Shown here: piece after piece, positions 1 through 14,934 of the stretch
How the letters are laid out: every line of letters begins with the position of its first letter
Numbering within the stretch: the stretch's first letter is position 1
Assembly (NCBI RefSeq): GCF_009914755.1
Contig: NC_060933.1
From: the human T2T-CHM13v2.0 reference genome, Homo sapiens
Reading direction: 5' to 3' (one strand)
DNA: 64,000 nucleotides
The notes under the pieces: generated by a model
Seen by the model: only the letters and a program-made list of their open reading frames with translations
What the model was told of the DNA's origin: nothing
The model's database searches: none
Translations under genes and position numbers: made by a program

Positions 1-1269
1 AATAAAACATAGATAGCCTGGTAGCATAGTGCTACTCTTGGACTTTGAGAAGAGACCAGGCTGAAATAAGGACTTTTTTTCTACTCTACATTAGATCACA
101 CAGAATCTAAGTAGTAGAAAAACTAGACAGAACTAGTGACTGACAAAAATTGCAACATGAGTATAAGAAGTGGCAGAAGAAATTAAGTCAAGTTATCCAA
201 TGTACTAAGGAGCACAGGGTTTTGGGCACTGAGGGATAAGACAGAGATGGCTCAAAAGTGAGATCATCTCTATTTATGCTCCCTGTGGGGCAGCACCCAT
301 GTGAGGAAGTCCCACCTGCATTGAAGGAATTGAGTCAGTGATGGTCAATAGAAGAAAGCATTCCCTTTACCTACAGATCTTTGAGGAGTCTATGGTAGTT
401 GAAATGTAAAACAGAAATCCAAAGTAAAAGACTAGAGCTACTTCTAACTTGTGAGAGTAAGAGCACAATACCTTCCCATGTGTTAACAGGCAATTATTGT
501 AATTTCATAACATAATAAGTTAATTCATGCATAGCACTTAATAGTGCCTGGAAAATCCAAAATCCCCAATACACATCAACTATTTTATTATTTTTAGTGT
601 TGGGTATACTTTAATAAGTCTTAAAGCTTTGAGTTGGCATGCAATTTTTATCCTTTTTTTTAGGGCATAACTAATGCTATTAACTCTCTTAGCTTCGAAT
701 CTACTTTTCTATGTTCTGCCTTGTTAGTTAGGGTTGGCACACTAAAAATCACATTTCATTTCTCTTTTGTTAACTAGCTTCTGTTAGACTCTACCAGAAG
801 AAGTGCTAGAGGGTAAATGAAAGCTTCGATGAAAGTAAGGGATTTGCCCCTCCCTATTTGCTTCCCATTCCTGTCAGCATCACCCCAGCTTTAGTTCTTC
901 ACTATGACAATTAGCTGCTTCCAATATTGGTTTTAGTTCCATCTATTTTTCTCCATAATCCAGAATTAATAATCTACCAGCACCATATCCTCAGAGTTTT
1001 AAGTCTGTCACTTGGCTCTTATTTCTGGTAAATTATAAGGCCTATCAAGTTTTTAGTCTCTCTTGAGGTATCTTTAAAAGCAATGAAATATGCGACTATC
1101 TGCTTGAGAAATGTAGCAAATCAGATGGATAATAAGCAATAGACTGGGTCAAGCAAGACATTTTCTTTTTCTTCTGCAGTTGCTTTCTTGTTTTTAAACT
1201 GTAGACTATTAAAAGTCTCTTTAGTACACTCTCAAATGGAATAATTATAATAATTATATAATCATTATA

Positions 1270-1920
1270 TAATAATCAGAGCCTCAGGGAAATGTGAGAC
1301 AATACTAAGAGTACCAAGACACACATAATGGAAATAACAGAAAGAAGAAGGCAGAAAAAAATACTTATTTAAGTAATTGCTAAAAACATCACAAATTTGA
1401 TGAAACACTAGTCTATACATCCAAGAAGATCAATGAATTTTAAGTAAGGTAAACTAAAAAGAGATCTACACTCAGATACACCATAGTCAAAATATTGTAA
1501 GATAAAGAAGAAAAAAAAAACACCTCATAAACATCAAGAGAAAACTGGTTCATCATGTGTAAGGGAGCCACTATAAGATTAACAGCAAACTTCCCATCAG
1601 AAACAATTGAGGCTATATGGCAATTGGATAACATATTCAAAGTCCTGGAAGAAGAAATAAAAAACAAAAATAAAAATAAATGTCAACCAAGAAGCCCATG
1701 TTCAGCAAAACCATATTTCAAAAATAAAGGTGAAATAAACGTGTTACCTGATAAACAAATTGAGATGATTCTTTGCAGGCAGACTTACCTTATGAAGATA
1801 CTAAAGGAAGTTCTTCAGGATAAAAAAAAAGTAATACCAAACAGCAATTCAATGCACACACATACACAGAAGGTAATTCAAAAATACACTTTAAAAAATA
1901 AGTAAGTGAATTAAAATGCT
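1270..1920 (+). mobile_element. Old L1 (L1M-type) ORF1-region fragment
   Basis: A-rich; ORF 1555-1905 resembles the L1 ORF1 C-terminus (IRLTANFPSETIEAIWQLDNIFKVL...CQPR); boundaries approximate. Confidence 0.75.
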
Positions 1921-2752
1921 ATGTTAGCTTATGTGGTTAGGCTGCCTAAAATTTTCTTGTAAACCTGCATGTTCTTTTTGGTTTATTTTGGAGGGAGAAG
2001 AAAGGACATTTGTTCACTTGTTTTAAAGGAATTTCTTTACAGAACTATTCCACTCAACTGCTTACAATACTGTCAACATCTGGCCCTTGGGAAATGCACA
2101 GACTTTTTTGTTCCACTAAACTCTGAAAACACAGTTCCTTTCCCTACATTGTTATTTCTCCATGCTCTGCTGCTAAGCGTGGGCAGCTTCAGCCCAAGCC
2201 AATATTCCCCAGTAAGAAATGCCAGTCCCTTGAATTTTAAGATGCTTTATAAATAGCTCTCTTGAAAGATCACCTTCCCTTGTAGGTGGTTGTGGGGTTG
2301 GGGGTAGAGAAGGAAGAGATTATGGTGATGGTAGAATGTACATCATAATCATCTTTGCCCCTACAAAATTCACACAACTGAGGTTCAAACTCTACTACAT
2401 TCTTCACTTTCTCTCACAGATCCTGGGAGTGTGTGACAAACTAATGTGTACAAAGAAGTGGTTTCACAGTTTTTTAGCATGTTCTAAACAGGTAGTCCAT
2501 AAATTCACTTTAGTACATAGGAGTTTAGAGTACCTATTATATTGCTCTCTGCTGTTAGAGCATCTGACACAAAATGATATAATGCTAAATGAAATACCAA
2601 ATATAAAAGTATATCTATGTCATAATCACTTTTAAGTGTTTAAGCCAGCCCTACAGAAAAAAAGAATTCCCTAACCAAGCCTGAATATGACATTGTCCAT
2701 TGTCCTTGCCCATATTTCCCACACACCATTAATTTTATGACTGGTTACATGG

Positions 2753-3119
2753 TGATATGGTTTGGACTTGTGTCCCCGCCCAAATCTCATGTCAAATTGG
2801 AGGAAGTGCCTAGTGGGAGGTGATTGGATCATGGGGGCAAATTTCCCCCTTGCTGTTCTTGTGATAGTGAGTGAGTTCTCATGAGATCTGATGGTTTTAA
2901 AGTGTGTGGCACTTCCCCCATTGTGCTCTCTTTCTCTCCACCATGAGAAGATGCACCTTGCTTCCCCTTTGCCTTCTGCCATGATTGTAAGTTTCCTGAG
3001 GCCTTCCAACCATGCTTCCTGTTAAGCCTGTGGAACTGTGAGTCAATTAAACCTATTTCCTTCATAAATTACCAAGTCTCAGGTAGTTCTTTATAGCAGT
3101 GTGAAAACAAACTAATACA
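2753..3119 (+). mobile_element. MaLR solo LTR (MSTA/MSTB-like)
   Basis: Begins TGATATGGTTTGG, ends AAACTAATACA; 5-bp TSD CATGG at 2748-2752 and 3120-3124. Confidence 0.9.
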
Positions 3120-3637
3120 CATGGCCACAGTTTCCTTAAAAAGTCTAAAATTTTTAGCTAGTTACAGAAGATCTCATAAAGATAGATCAAAAGATGACTG
3201 AAGCCAAACAACAGATTTAAAAGGGGAACTCTAGCACTTTACTGATATATTTAATCCTTTTGATTTTCTCCAAGTGCCTGACTAGAATTCTCCTTCGTCT
3301 CCATCCCAAATGAAATAAAGCAGAATGTTCAAAAGAATAAGAACTCACACTCATGAAAGAAAATTTAAAAAATCGTTCTTCATTTCTGCTGTTCATATAG
3401 GATAGTAAATTAAATAGGTCTTTCTAACTAATACTACCAAAATGAAATCTGAACTACATTCAATCTCCATGCTTAAGGCACAGTCTTTGCTTACTGCATC
3501 TGTTGCTATGAAACAATAAATATTTTAGGATCCCTCTAACTGTAATACAATTGGATATCAAATAAAACTGACATTGATATAAATTTGGCATTACAAAAAG
3601 TGGATATTTTCCCTAAGGAACCTCTTATTTCATGCCC

Positions 3638-4010
3638 TGTGGTAGTCATTAGTGCTGTTCGCTGCACATTCTGGTTCTCCTTTTAGGAATACAGAAAAAT
3701 TGCTATTCCCCTTGAAACTGGACCCAAATTTTCTTTGCTGTGACCAGTGAGGTTCTAATGGAAGTGGTATTTATTGTTCCCAGATAGAAATATTTATTTG
3801 CCAGTGAGAGATCCTTCCACTCCGTCTTCCCCTTGCCAGGTGGAAAAGTACATTTCAAAATGGAGCCTCCATTAGTCTATGTCCCTGAGTGACTGTCAGA
3901 ACCTTCCTGCCACTCATGACACATTATACACGTAGCAGAATCAATAAGTAAACCATTATTGCAAAAAGCCACAGAGGTTGAAAGGATTTGTTATTACATC
4001 CTAACCATCC
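3638..4010 (+). mobile_element. Old MaLR LTR (MLT1-like)
   Basis: TGTGGTAG start, 'gatttgttatt...cctaacc...cctgacaca' end, typical of MLT1; diverged. Confidence 0.5.
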
Positions 4011-4769
4011 TACAGCCATTCCTGACACACAAACCCAAACACACAAATAAAGGAAAAAGCTATGAGATGAAACAAAGTGAGATGACCTGCAAAAAAGGCA
4101 GTAATAAGATTAGATTGTTGGAAAATGCCAGTATCAGCTCTGCAGATGGATTTTTAAATAAAAATTTGGAGATTTGAATCTGGGACTCCTCCATTAGACC
4201 TGAACCCTCTACTAGGGCCAAAGGGGCTTTTCAGGGTCACTGTGGATGATTTTACAAGATGTACTTACACAATTTCACAACATTCAGTAATAAGCTATTC
4301 ACAACCTAGAAAGCATAGACTTGAAAATTTATCATAGCAATTTTCAGGGAGATAGAAGTAAAGTATTTTGTTTTAACACTATCAACAGCATAATTTCTTA
4401 AAAGCTGGAGATCAAATGTCCTAAGATGAGTCACATTTTCCAGTGCTCACACATGTAACATATAAGCTAGCAGCAGCACTTAATGGTTTCACGTTAGTAC
4501 CACTTGCTTATTCCCAGCAAAAGCAGATCAAATGCTCTCTGGAGGAAATAATCTTCAGTTTAATTCTGCAGGATACCCAAAGAAAAATTGAATTTACACT
4601 CACAAATCACTCAACACAACAGAAGTAAACCGCCATTAGTGAGAGTCCACACTCACAATAACCAGTCATTGTAAATGAACTAAACTCATAATTTTTAAAG
4701 TAGTATTATTATAATAGACATATAATATTTTATTTTAAGGGAATACATAACTTTCATTTTATTTTAATA

Positions 4770-5320
4770 TGTATGTTTTCTACTACATACAACAACATAG
4801 GGGTTGAAGTAAAAAGAAGGAAAAAGTATACTAGGCAAGTAACAATCAAAAGCTGATGTTTCTATATTAATATGTGACAAAATTGATTTAAGATCAAAAA
4901 GCATTACTAGAAGTAAAAGAGGAAGTTGCATTATGATAAATGTTTATTTAATCAGTAAAACATGAATTGTAAGCTTTATTCTCCTAATAAAACAGCCTCA
5001 ATATATAAAAGAAAACTCAATATAACTACATATCATCTTAAGCACTGAAAGAATAAACAGACAAATATAAGGATCAACAGATTTGAACAAAAACATTAAC
5101 GAGCTTATCAGCCCAACTATTATGGAATATAGATTCTTCTAAAACACATTTGAGACATTTGCAAAAATTGATATTATGTTAGGCTGAAAGCAAGAATCAG
5201 TAAATTTTAAGGAAGCAATATTAAACAGTCATATTCTCTTTCCTATATATGATTAAATTAAAGGTAATTAATTAATTTAAAAGTTCCATAACCTGAGACA
5301 ATTAAAACGCACTTCTAAGT
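4770..5320 (+). mobile_element. Old L1 ORF2 (endonuclease-region) fragment
   Basis: Degenerate L1 EN-like sequence (ctatattaatatgtgacaaaattgatttaagatc..., gatttgaacaaaaacattaac). Confidence 0.6.
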
Positions 5321-8300
5321 GATTGAGTAGCAGCGATGTTCAAAATATTTAACTTCTGTGGCAAGTGTTCTAGTAAATTAGAATAAATATTTGCCATAAA
5401 CAACCAGTGTGGCCATAGTAATTAGTGTGTGCCAGCAGTGTCAGCCCTTGCTCATAGGTAAGAGAAAAAAATTACAAACAAAAAAATTAAAATTACAACC
5501 CCCAAATTAAAATCTCATAAAACCATGCTTAAGACTGCAGCCAGTAGTACAGCTGTATTACTTGTTTATAGTTGGTGTCCATTCTGATCGGGTGGCAGCT
5601 ATGCCATAGTCTTTGTTAAATACATTCACTATTAATCCTGCTAAGAAATAAAGTGTACTTGAATAATGCATATTAACCTTTACCAGGTTCAGAAAAAGTA
5701 ACTTTTTCTGGAAAATGTTTATACTTAAATTCTTGTAGAAAACTTGACTTCATAAGGAAGAAAAAAGGAAGGAAACAAAAGGAAAGAAAGACAATGAGAA
5801 GGAACAATCTAAGTAATTTGAATTCAGAGAGGATATGCTAAGCATTTTGCTATTTATTCATATTATACTATTTCTAATTAAATCTTCATAGTAATAGTGA
5901 AAATTATATTTTCTTGTTCTTAATTTACAGCTGAAGAGACTAAGATTCCTAGAGGTTCTAAGTGGAAAAGCTATGTTTCTTTTCTCTAGATGCCTGCTAG
6001 TCAGGAGGGAAACATCTGAAAGTCCAGTTGCTTCTGAGTCATGAAAAATAATCCAAAGGTATTAGAAGGCAAGAGAGTTAATAAAGAGAGTTAAGTTACT
6101 GGATTTTACCTTGGCATTTCTCTAAAGCTGTTAAACTGGATACTTAGATTAATTCGGGGGACTATGATGACCAAGTCCTGTGATGATTGTGGCCGTGATG
6201 TAGAGTGGATAATAGTTTGACCTTTTCTTGATCCCAGTATTGCATCATCCTCTTGAGAAATTTATGGATATCCCTGTACTCACAGGTAAAGGACAGTAAG
6301 CGCTAGGACCAAGGGCTTTAACCAGAAAAACTGCTGAATAAACCTGGGGTCATGGGTTTTCAGCGCGATGTACTTTAGGGAAGATGAGAGGGTGCAAGAA
6401 ATTTTTGTTAATTAAGAGAGACAGAAAAACTTAGTGGTAAGGAGACTAAATATGTTGTCAAACTGCTTAGATTGGAATCTCACCTCCACATCTATCTTGC
6501 TTGCCTATGCAAGTGATTTAATGTCTTTGAACCTCAGTTTTCTGATGTACTGTGAAGGTTAAATGTACCAGCTCACTCATCCACATTTACAGCATTTCTC
6601 TCACTGTAGAGAAAGGATGCTTAGTTCAACAAATCAAGGAGGTGGAGAAATAGGGGAGGTTAATTATAAGCAGGTTTACTTGAGGTGATAGCGAATCACC
6701 AGGTTGATGGAATCCAGCCGGTATATGGAGATGCAAATTAAAACACTAATGATGGACATTCCATTTGATGCTATAGATGGTGTAATTCTTGATGCAAATA
6801 TTATAGGTAATGCAGAATATGAGAAAAGTAGAGCAACCGTTACTAACTTCACCCCACCTTCTAAAGAAGAAAGAAATACAAGCACTAAAAGAGAGGCAAG
6901 CAGGCTGTCCAAGGGGTGGAAAAAGAGGCATGGCTATGTAGTCTCAGAGATCACAAAATGAAGAGCCTCCAAAGCCAAAGGGACTAACCTAACTCTAAGA
7001 ATGGATATTAGAGATACTAACATCAAAAATATCAGAGATACCCGTGTAGAAAGAAAGACTCTGACCCAATGAGTTCAGAAATGGTTCCTCTTGGGCATAT
7101 TGGAGAGGAAACTCTACACCAGTGAAAAGTCCAAAGTTGTCAAGATCAGTAGGACTCTAAACAAAGACGATAGAGCAATTATTTTGCTGAGCCTAGAGAG
7201 GAAATTATTTTGACTGTCTCTGGACCAACATCCATAAGGTTTCTAGAGAAATGGGAAAACGAAGAAGGCGACTTTTCCTCGTTGCAAATTAATTAAAAAT
7301 GAAACAACCACTTCAGTGACTTATGTTTTCTGTAGCTCAGGTAAGGGAACACATTAGACATCATTTATGTCACAAATACATTTAATCCTCATAAAAACCT
7401 GAAGATATACATAATTTACACAATAAAGAACAGGTAGTCCAAAAAAGTTATATGAATTGCCCTAGGTCATACAGCTAGGAAGCCACACTGTGGAGGGTGG
7501 AGTGCAACTAAAGAGATTCCAAAATTCATACACTTCTTATTACCGCACCGTAGCGCTCCATTTTTTTCTGATTGCTAAAAGACCTGCCAAGACCTCTCTA
7601 TCCACCTCTGTAGCAAATAGATAATGACAATGTACAGCTCTATATGACCTTTAACCGTGTAAAACAGAGTGCTTCCAGACAGGCCAACCAACTCAGGAAG
7701 ACCATTTCTTTTCTATTTGTTATCTCTAGCCTGGTAATTTTCTCCCACAGGAATATAAAACACAGTCTAATATTTACACCTGAGCAGGCAACTACATCTC
7801 AAAGGACATCATTAAAAGCTGACTGACCTACTTCTCTCTGGTACAAATAGGTTACATAGGGATGATATCCCACGTGCCTGCTAACAGTCTAAAGTCAAGC
7901 TTGTTAAAGTGAACTTGTAACTTTTTAACAACACTCTTCCCTCCACAAGTTTTCTGAAGGGAATCTAGGGCTGTTCCTAGGAGATTGATTTCTCCTCTTT
8001 AGTTGTAACTAAACAATAAAAAAGGAGCGTATGAGATCATCATGTGGAAAATTTAAAATGGATAATCACTTTATTCTTGGTAAAGAGAGCGGTCCTCTAT
8101 GAACTGCCATCACCAAGTCATTTAGAAAATGTAATTAGACAGGCTAAAGAAGACTTATTCCAATAGAGACATAGAGTCACAAACTAGTGAGAAAGGGAAT
8201 ATGATAACACATGTATTTTGTTTGGTCACATGGAATTAATGAGATTTGCCACAGTCCTCACCCTTCTATATTGCTTCACATCCAGTCTGTTTCATTCAAA

Positions 8301-9759
8301 TACATCAATTGCATAGCAGTGAAGATATTTGAGTTTGTGACCCCAGAATACATTAAATTATTCAGGTATTTCAATTTCATCCTGGGAAATTAATTCAGGG
8401 CCTACATAATTAATGTTATGATTTAAAAAAAAAAAGAATTAGAGTTGTAAGGAAATAGAATGGATCCAACTTTTGGAATGGAGAGTTTTTTCTCCTGCAC
8501 TGTTCACATATCCAGGACAGCCATGGGATGGAACAATATAAAGGACAATCCTGCAGCACCAAGGATAGGATTCATTAAGACTTTTTTTCCCAACTCTGAT
8601 TTACGTAATCTACAAAGACACTTAAAGATGGCACAAAGTAAGAGCACAGGGCCAGTAAGATGACTGGCAAATAAACAAAGAATGGTAAGTAAATGATCAT
8701 ACTAATCAGCATGCCTTTGTAATCTGACTATCCATCATGCTGATTCAGAATCACTGTGGAAACTATGACCACCCCCAAACAACAAACTGTTTATTCATCT
8801 GAATCTATATAGGTGATATTCTATTAAGTGAGGATACCCAAGCTTTCTAGCAGAGGTTGTATCATAAGTATCTATGAGATGCTTCATTGAGAGTATATTA
8901 TATTGAATATAACACAAATGTGAGCAAGTGTTCAAGGGTTGATCATGCTGCTTAACTTTTTGTCATGATTGCTCAAATTTGTGATGAAATTTGAGAACTT
9001 AAATTTGAATGTCTCAAATAATTATACCATTATTAACATTATTTAGCACCAATCGCAACTAAAAATGTATCTGTATCTGTCCCTTTGACATCTGGTAGCA
9101 TTTGACACAGGCATCTGCAGTGAGAAGGGAATTGGACCATGCTGACCTTCCATCTCCAGTGTTTCTGCCATACTATGCTCTTCACCCACCCCCACTTCAC
9201 GCAGAGCTCCAGGAGAAGCATGATGCTCTAGTTCAGCCCTGGCTATTGGGTTGGTTTGAAAGAGCTCAGGTCTTTTAGGGAGCTGAGGCTCTAGGACATA
9301 CTAGTGAATGTTGCTGGAATGACAGTCCTGAGCTTTGGAAGTATGAGCCATGCTTCTCTCAAACATTTTCTGGTTTATTTTATAGGAACCTGTGCTGCAT
9401 GTGAAAAAGAAGAACATGTAGTCAGATTGTAGCATTTTCTCTCATTTTGAGACAAATTTCACTGTCCAGAAGAGTATTCTCACAAGACACCAAGTTGTGA
9501 CCATTTCCCAGTTTGCTATGATTGCGAAACTAGGCCCTGACAGGGATTTATTTTTTAATTAAGAAGTAAGACATAGGCAACAATCAATCATTTAACAAAT
9601 CTCAGCTGGTATGACATGCTGATAAGCAGAGTAGTGGTTTGAAATGTATCACATTTTGAGAATATCTGCCATGCAACTACCTGGAAAATACACTGAAGGA
9701 AGGGAATAGTGGAAGTTGAGAGACCAGTTAGGAAGCTGATGCAAAATGCCATTTTATCT

Positions 9760-10185
9760 TATTTACAATTGTCAAGATTGAATATATTCAAGGTATATAT
9801 GTATACATTGTGTAATGATTATCAAAATCAAATTAATTAACACATCCATCACCACCTATGCTGTACTTTAGTTATCTTGTTCATCTTTTTTTTTTTTTTT
9901 TTCCGAGACAGGAGCTCACTCTGTCACCCAGCCACGGGTCACTGCAACCTCAATCTCCTGGGCTCAAGTGATCCTCCCACCACAGCATCCCCATAGCTGG
10001 GACTACAGTCATGCACCCCCTTGCCCAGCTAATTTTTTGTAGAGACGGGATTTCACCATGTTGCCCAGGCTGGATCTTGTTCACCTAATAACTGGAAGTT
10101 TGTACCATCTGACCAATACCTCCCCATTTTCCCCACTCCCAACCCCTGGCAACCACCATTCTACCTCTGCTTCTATGAGTTTGAC
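9760..10185 (-). mobile_element. L1MA-type 3' fragment interrupted by a truncated Alu (~9886-10073, minus)
   Basis: L1 3'UTR motif 'cccctggcaaccaccattctacctctgcttctatgagtttgac'; Alu right arm with poly-T, flanked by TSD atcttgttca. Confidence 0.75.
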
Positions 10186-11367
10186 AGTAATGCCATAATA
10201 AGCAGGAACTCAGGACTCGTCAGAGTTGTGTCCTACTCATCTTTGTGCCTACTAACGTGCTTGCTGAACTACATTGACGTGAATACACTTACCAAAAAAA
10301 AAGAGCCTCTTCTAATTTAGATGAAATTATCTTAGACAACTTGCTAATACTTTGTTTAATCAAATTCAATAAGTTTATAATTTTGTCTATTAGAAGCAAT
10401 ACATATTTTTCTCAACTCATCAGGAATAGATTTCATTCTTTGGAAACAGTGATTCATTTTGATATTCTTTCCACTGATTTATATAACTTCATACTGAAAC
10501 AAAATGATTTCATGTCTGTTTTATTTACCAAAATCAATTGAAAGTGATTATTTTTGGCATCAATATTAAGCAAACTATACTCAGATTCACTGATTTATAA
10601 TCAAATGTAACAATGTTAACCGTTTTTTAAGGAATTCCTATTAAATGCCAAGAATCAAGATAATCACCCTTTAAACTTTACCACATAACAGTCCTGCAAG
10701 ATTATTATAACACTAATTTTATAGCTTATTAGAGGTCATCAAGCTACAAATCAGGAAACTGAGGTCCTAATCCATGTATTTCCAACTCCAAAGTCATTCT
10801 CCTTCTGTAAAAGCAAGGTGCATATTTACAGTCATCAATACTTTTCTAATCAATATAATTAGAAGAGTGGCAAGCACTCTTACTGAGTATCTACTATGCC
10901 TCCATAACGATGTTAAATTCTTCATATGCATAACCTCATTAATTCTCAGGATAACAACATCAGGTAGGCATTTTTAAGTTTCTAATTTCACATATGAGGA
11001 AATTGAAGCTTATAGAGGTGCAGTAACCTTCCTAAGATCATAGAAGCAGTGTTTGACAAAGTGGGGCTAATTCCAGAATCTATGCTCTTAAAGAGTTCAT
11101 TCTTAACTCTTACATGACAGAGAGTGCTTTGCTCCATAGAGTCCTGTAAAACCAGTAACCACAAGCAGTATGCATAGGAGGGGTCCTTATTTATCATAGA
11201 GAACCTCACATTCCTAAATAGTCTCTTCAGCAATACAAGTACTTAATTATTTTTTTAAAAACACATGGAGAATGGCTGAAGGAACATAGAACAATAGACC
11301 AGACCAGGACAGGAACAGCTATCTGTAAATACTTAAAAAAAAAAAAAAAAAACAAAAAAAAACTGTC

Positions 11368-11731
<364 letters not shown>

Positions 11732-14700
11732 TCAACATATCTATATATCTATACCTATAGATATATAATATATATAGTTGACTGTAAATAACTTTCTAAT
11801 AATTAGAATTGTACAAAAATAACTTGTGTGGCCTCAGGAAGTGTTCTAATCACCACTAGGTCTGCAGGCAGAAGTAAGGTAGTCACCAGCCATACTGTAG
11901 ATGTGTTTCTGTCATCTCATAAGGTTTAGGACTAGGTTTAAGATAATTTCCACCTCTAAGATCCAATTATGTAGAACTTGATTATTTCACTGGTATGATT
12001 GTATTTCAGTATGTATGTAATTATCTTTACCTCTACTTTCATAATTCATTATTGAGGTGATTAAGGTTATGCAAAACAATAGAAACACCCCCTTAAAGAA
12101 TGTTATAATTATTATTACAGAATTGTTTATAATAGTAAAGAAATGAAAGGAAGATAAATCCCCATTAATTGAAAATAGATCAAATAAAGCTTGAGATATA
12201 AATAGAACAGAATACTATGTGGCCTTTATAAATCATGTGTTCCCTGAGTATTTGATAATATGTAAAAAATTACTTGTGATATAGTGTTGAGTATAAAAGG
12301 ATGCAAATTAAAAGTAAAGGTAGAAGAAATATTATAACCTGTAATATAAAGTTACTTATGTTTATCTTTAAAATTTATGACCCTATCTTTTTCTACCATG
12401 TCCAAGTTTATATCAAGGCTGATCACAGAGTCTAGCCCATAGCAGGTATTAAATAAATATTTTGTGAATGAATAAGGGGGGAACTGTGAGACATAGCTTT
12501 AATAATCCATTTTGGAAAAATCAGTTAATATTTTTACAATGTAAATCTGGTCTATGCCTGAGACATAAAACAACATAGTTATCATATGGATGGAACGAAA
12601 AAATAAGTCATAGAAGAATATTTCATTGAGGCTTTTTCATATCATATTAAAATCTTACCTCAATTTTTTTAAAAGCATGTTAAAAATAAGAAGAAAAGAC
12701 ACAGTTTGAAAGATATTTGCAGAAAATTTGAAGAGCAAAGTGTTAATCATATAATCTAATTAATAGTTCATACATTGAAGAGGAGAGAGAATATAATAAA
12801 CACAAAGAAAATGTTCAATCTAACCACCAATCTTAGAAATAAAATATAAAACAAAGTAACATTTTATACAAATAGAAAAGAATACATATATTTTCTGGTT
12901 CTAGAAAATGTACAAAGAATGTTCTGTGCAAATATTTCAAGAAAAATATGAAGTGTAATTGGGGGAAACAATTCTGCCTGTGTACTAAGAATTCTCTCAT
13001 AATTCATATCTTTGTATTCTGTAGTTCTATCTCCAGAAATTTATCTTATCTCTAGTTGAAGCAACAGCAGATTAGATAGCCAAGTACATAGATATCAATC
13101 GTAATTACATAAAAATCTCAAAAAATTAAAAAATATGCCCAATAATATGAAAATTGTAGGCTATAGTAATTCCACTTAATAAAATATTCTTTAAATATTA
13201 AAAAAGAATATTACATACACTATAAAAAATGCAAAATCACAGAAAATTATTGATGTAAAGTGGCAAACGCTAACTAAAATTTATTTCTGCTGCAATTCTA
13301 CTGGTATAAAGAAAAATGTTTGCATGTTGTCTGGAATTAACAAAAATATGAAAAACAGAAAGAATTTAAACAGTTGAAATGTAGGATTCTATAGAGTTAA
13401 CTTAGTATTATTTACGCAGTACAAAAAAAATCAAATCTGTGAATTTGTGAGAAAAGTTTAACTTTTCTGAGAACTTTCGGACATTCTAACTGGAGCCCCA
13501 ACTTATTATAATGCCATCAAATACAGATATATTCAATGAATACTCCAAGAAATGTATGGCTGGGGAAGGTTTTCTTTAGATCAGAATAACTGAGTCTTTG
13601 GAATATGCAGAAGTCAGGAACTGTATCCCTAGAGAATCCTATAATTTTTTTACTTACAACCTTAGGGACGGAAGAAGTTTGTAAAAGTAATTGCTGAATT
13701 CACCTCCAAAAAACTTGAGTCTCCCTTGAGTAAGCACCAACTTAAGAACAAATTATGGGAAAACTAGAGTTACATCATTGATCATTATGCTTAATATATT
13801 TTATTTCCTTGATATCCTCTTAAGAATATTCACGTACAGCCAAATTGCCTGATTGTGCCTACTCTTCCTCACATTTCTTTTTAGGAAAGAGGAGGCACCG
13901 TATCCAAATTGAGAATCTTCTGGTATCATCTGAAACGTACAAATGAAATTCAAATTCCTGGGAATTTTTTCTATTACTTAACAGCATGGAATGGTATGGA
14001 TGATTTTAAAACCCAGTCAGGAGGAAAGATAAAGAGAGAAGTTTTTATTATGATTATTTCAAAAGAAAAACATCTTATCAACAAAGATTTTTGAGTTGAC
14101 ATGGTCATTGCTTGTGGTATTTCAAAAATATAAATATTTAATATATATATCAAGGAAAAAAATGCAAAAACTCAGTCATCACCTACCAGACCAGGAGATT
14201 TTATTTAAATTTTTCTCTTTAATTCCAAAATAATCCAGTGGCGTGCAGTCTCTTTTGAGATCACAGAATTAATTCATGTGAGGAAAAGAAAGTTGTTTAC
14301 AATGCAACAGACTCATAAATAATAGGCTAATGGTTATTGTACTCAAGTATCTGGTCCACTAAGTCTTAAGTAACAGTAACATGGAGAAAGAACACACGGC
14401 AATTTATATATTATTCATATATAAACTATGCCTAATAAGGGTTTGAGAAAGCATATAATTAAAGGTATTTGCAGTAAAAATAGAATTAACAACAAGTAAT
14501 ATGAAAGAGAGGTGAGAAATAATTATAACTGAGTGTTAGTTCGAACCCCAGGCAGCCAGGGTAAAAGAAAAAACATTAAATTTTTGTGAGTTCTTATTTA
14601 CATAATAAATCAAATTCCACTATACTAGCCCTTAATTTCCCACAATAGACCTGAAAGGAATTTGGGGTAGGCTTTCATTTGAAGTCATTATTGTAGATAA

Positions 14701-14877
14701 TGTCTTTATAAATGGTTTCCAAAAGGGGTAAATTTATTCTCTATGTGCATAATTATCATAAAGACCCTTTTTGAAAGTTCATCTAATTAAATTGTGGTTT
14801 TATAAAATTTTTGTACTTTAAAATAAGTGAACACTGCAGAACAGTGGTATCCTTTACTACTATCAGATATTGAACAT

Positions 14878-14934
14878 TTTCTGCATTGATCCCGCTGGGA
14901 GCTACAGACCGGAGCTGTTGCTATTCGGCCATCC
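14878..14934 (-). mobile_element. Isolated 5'-terminal ~57 bp of a primate L1PA
   Basis: Reverse complement reads gatggccgaatagcaacagctccggtctgtagctcccagcgggatcaatgcagaa, matching the L1PA 5'UTR start. Confidence 0.8.
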
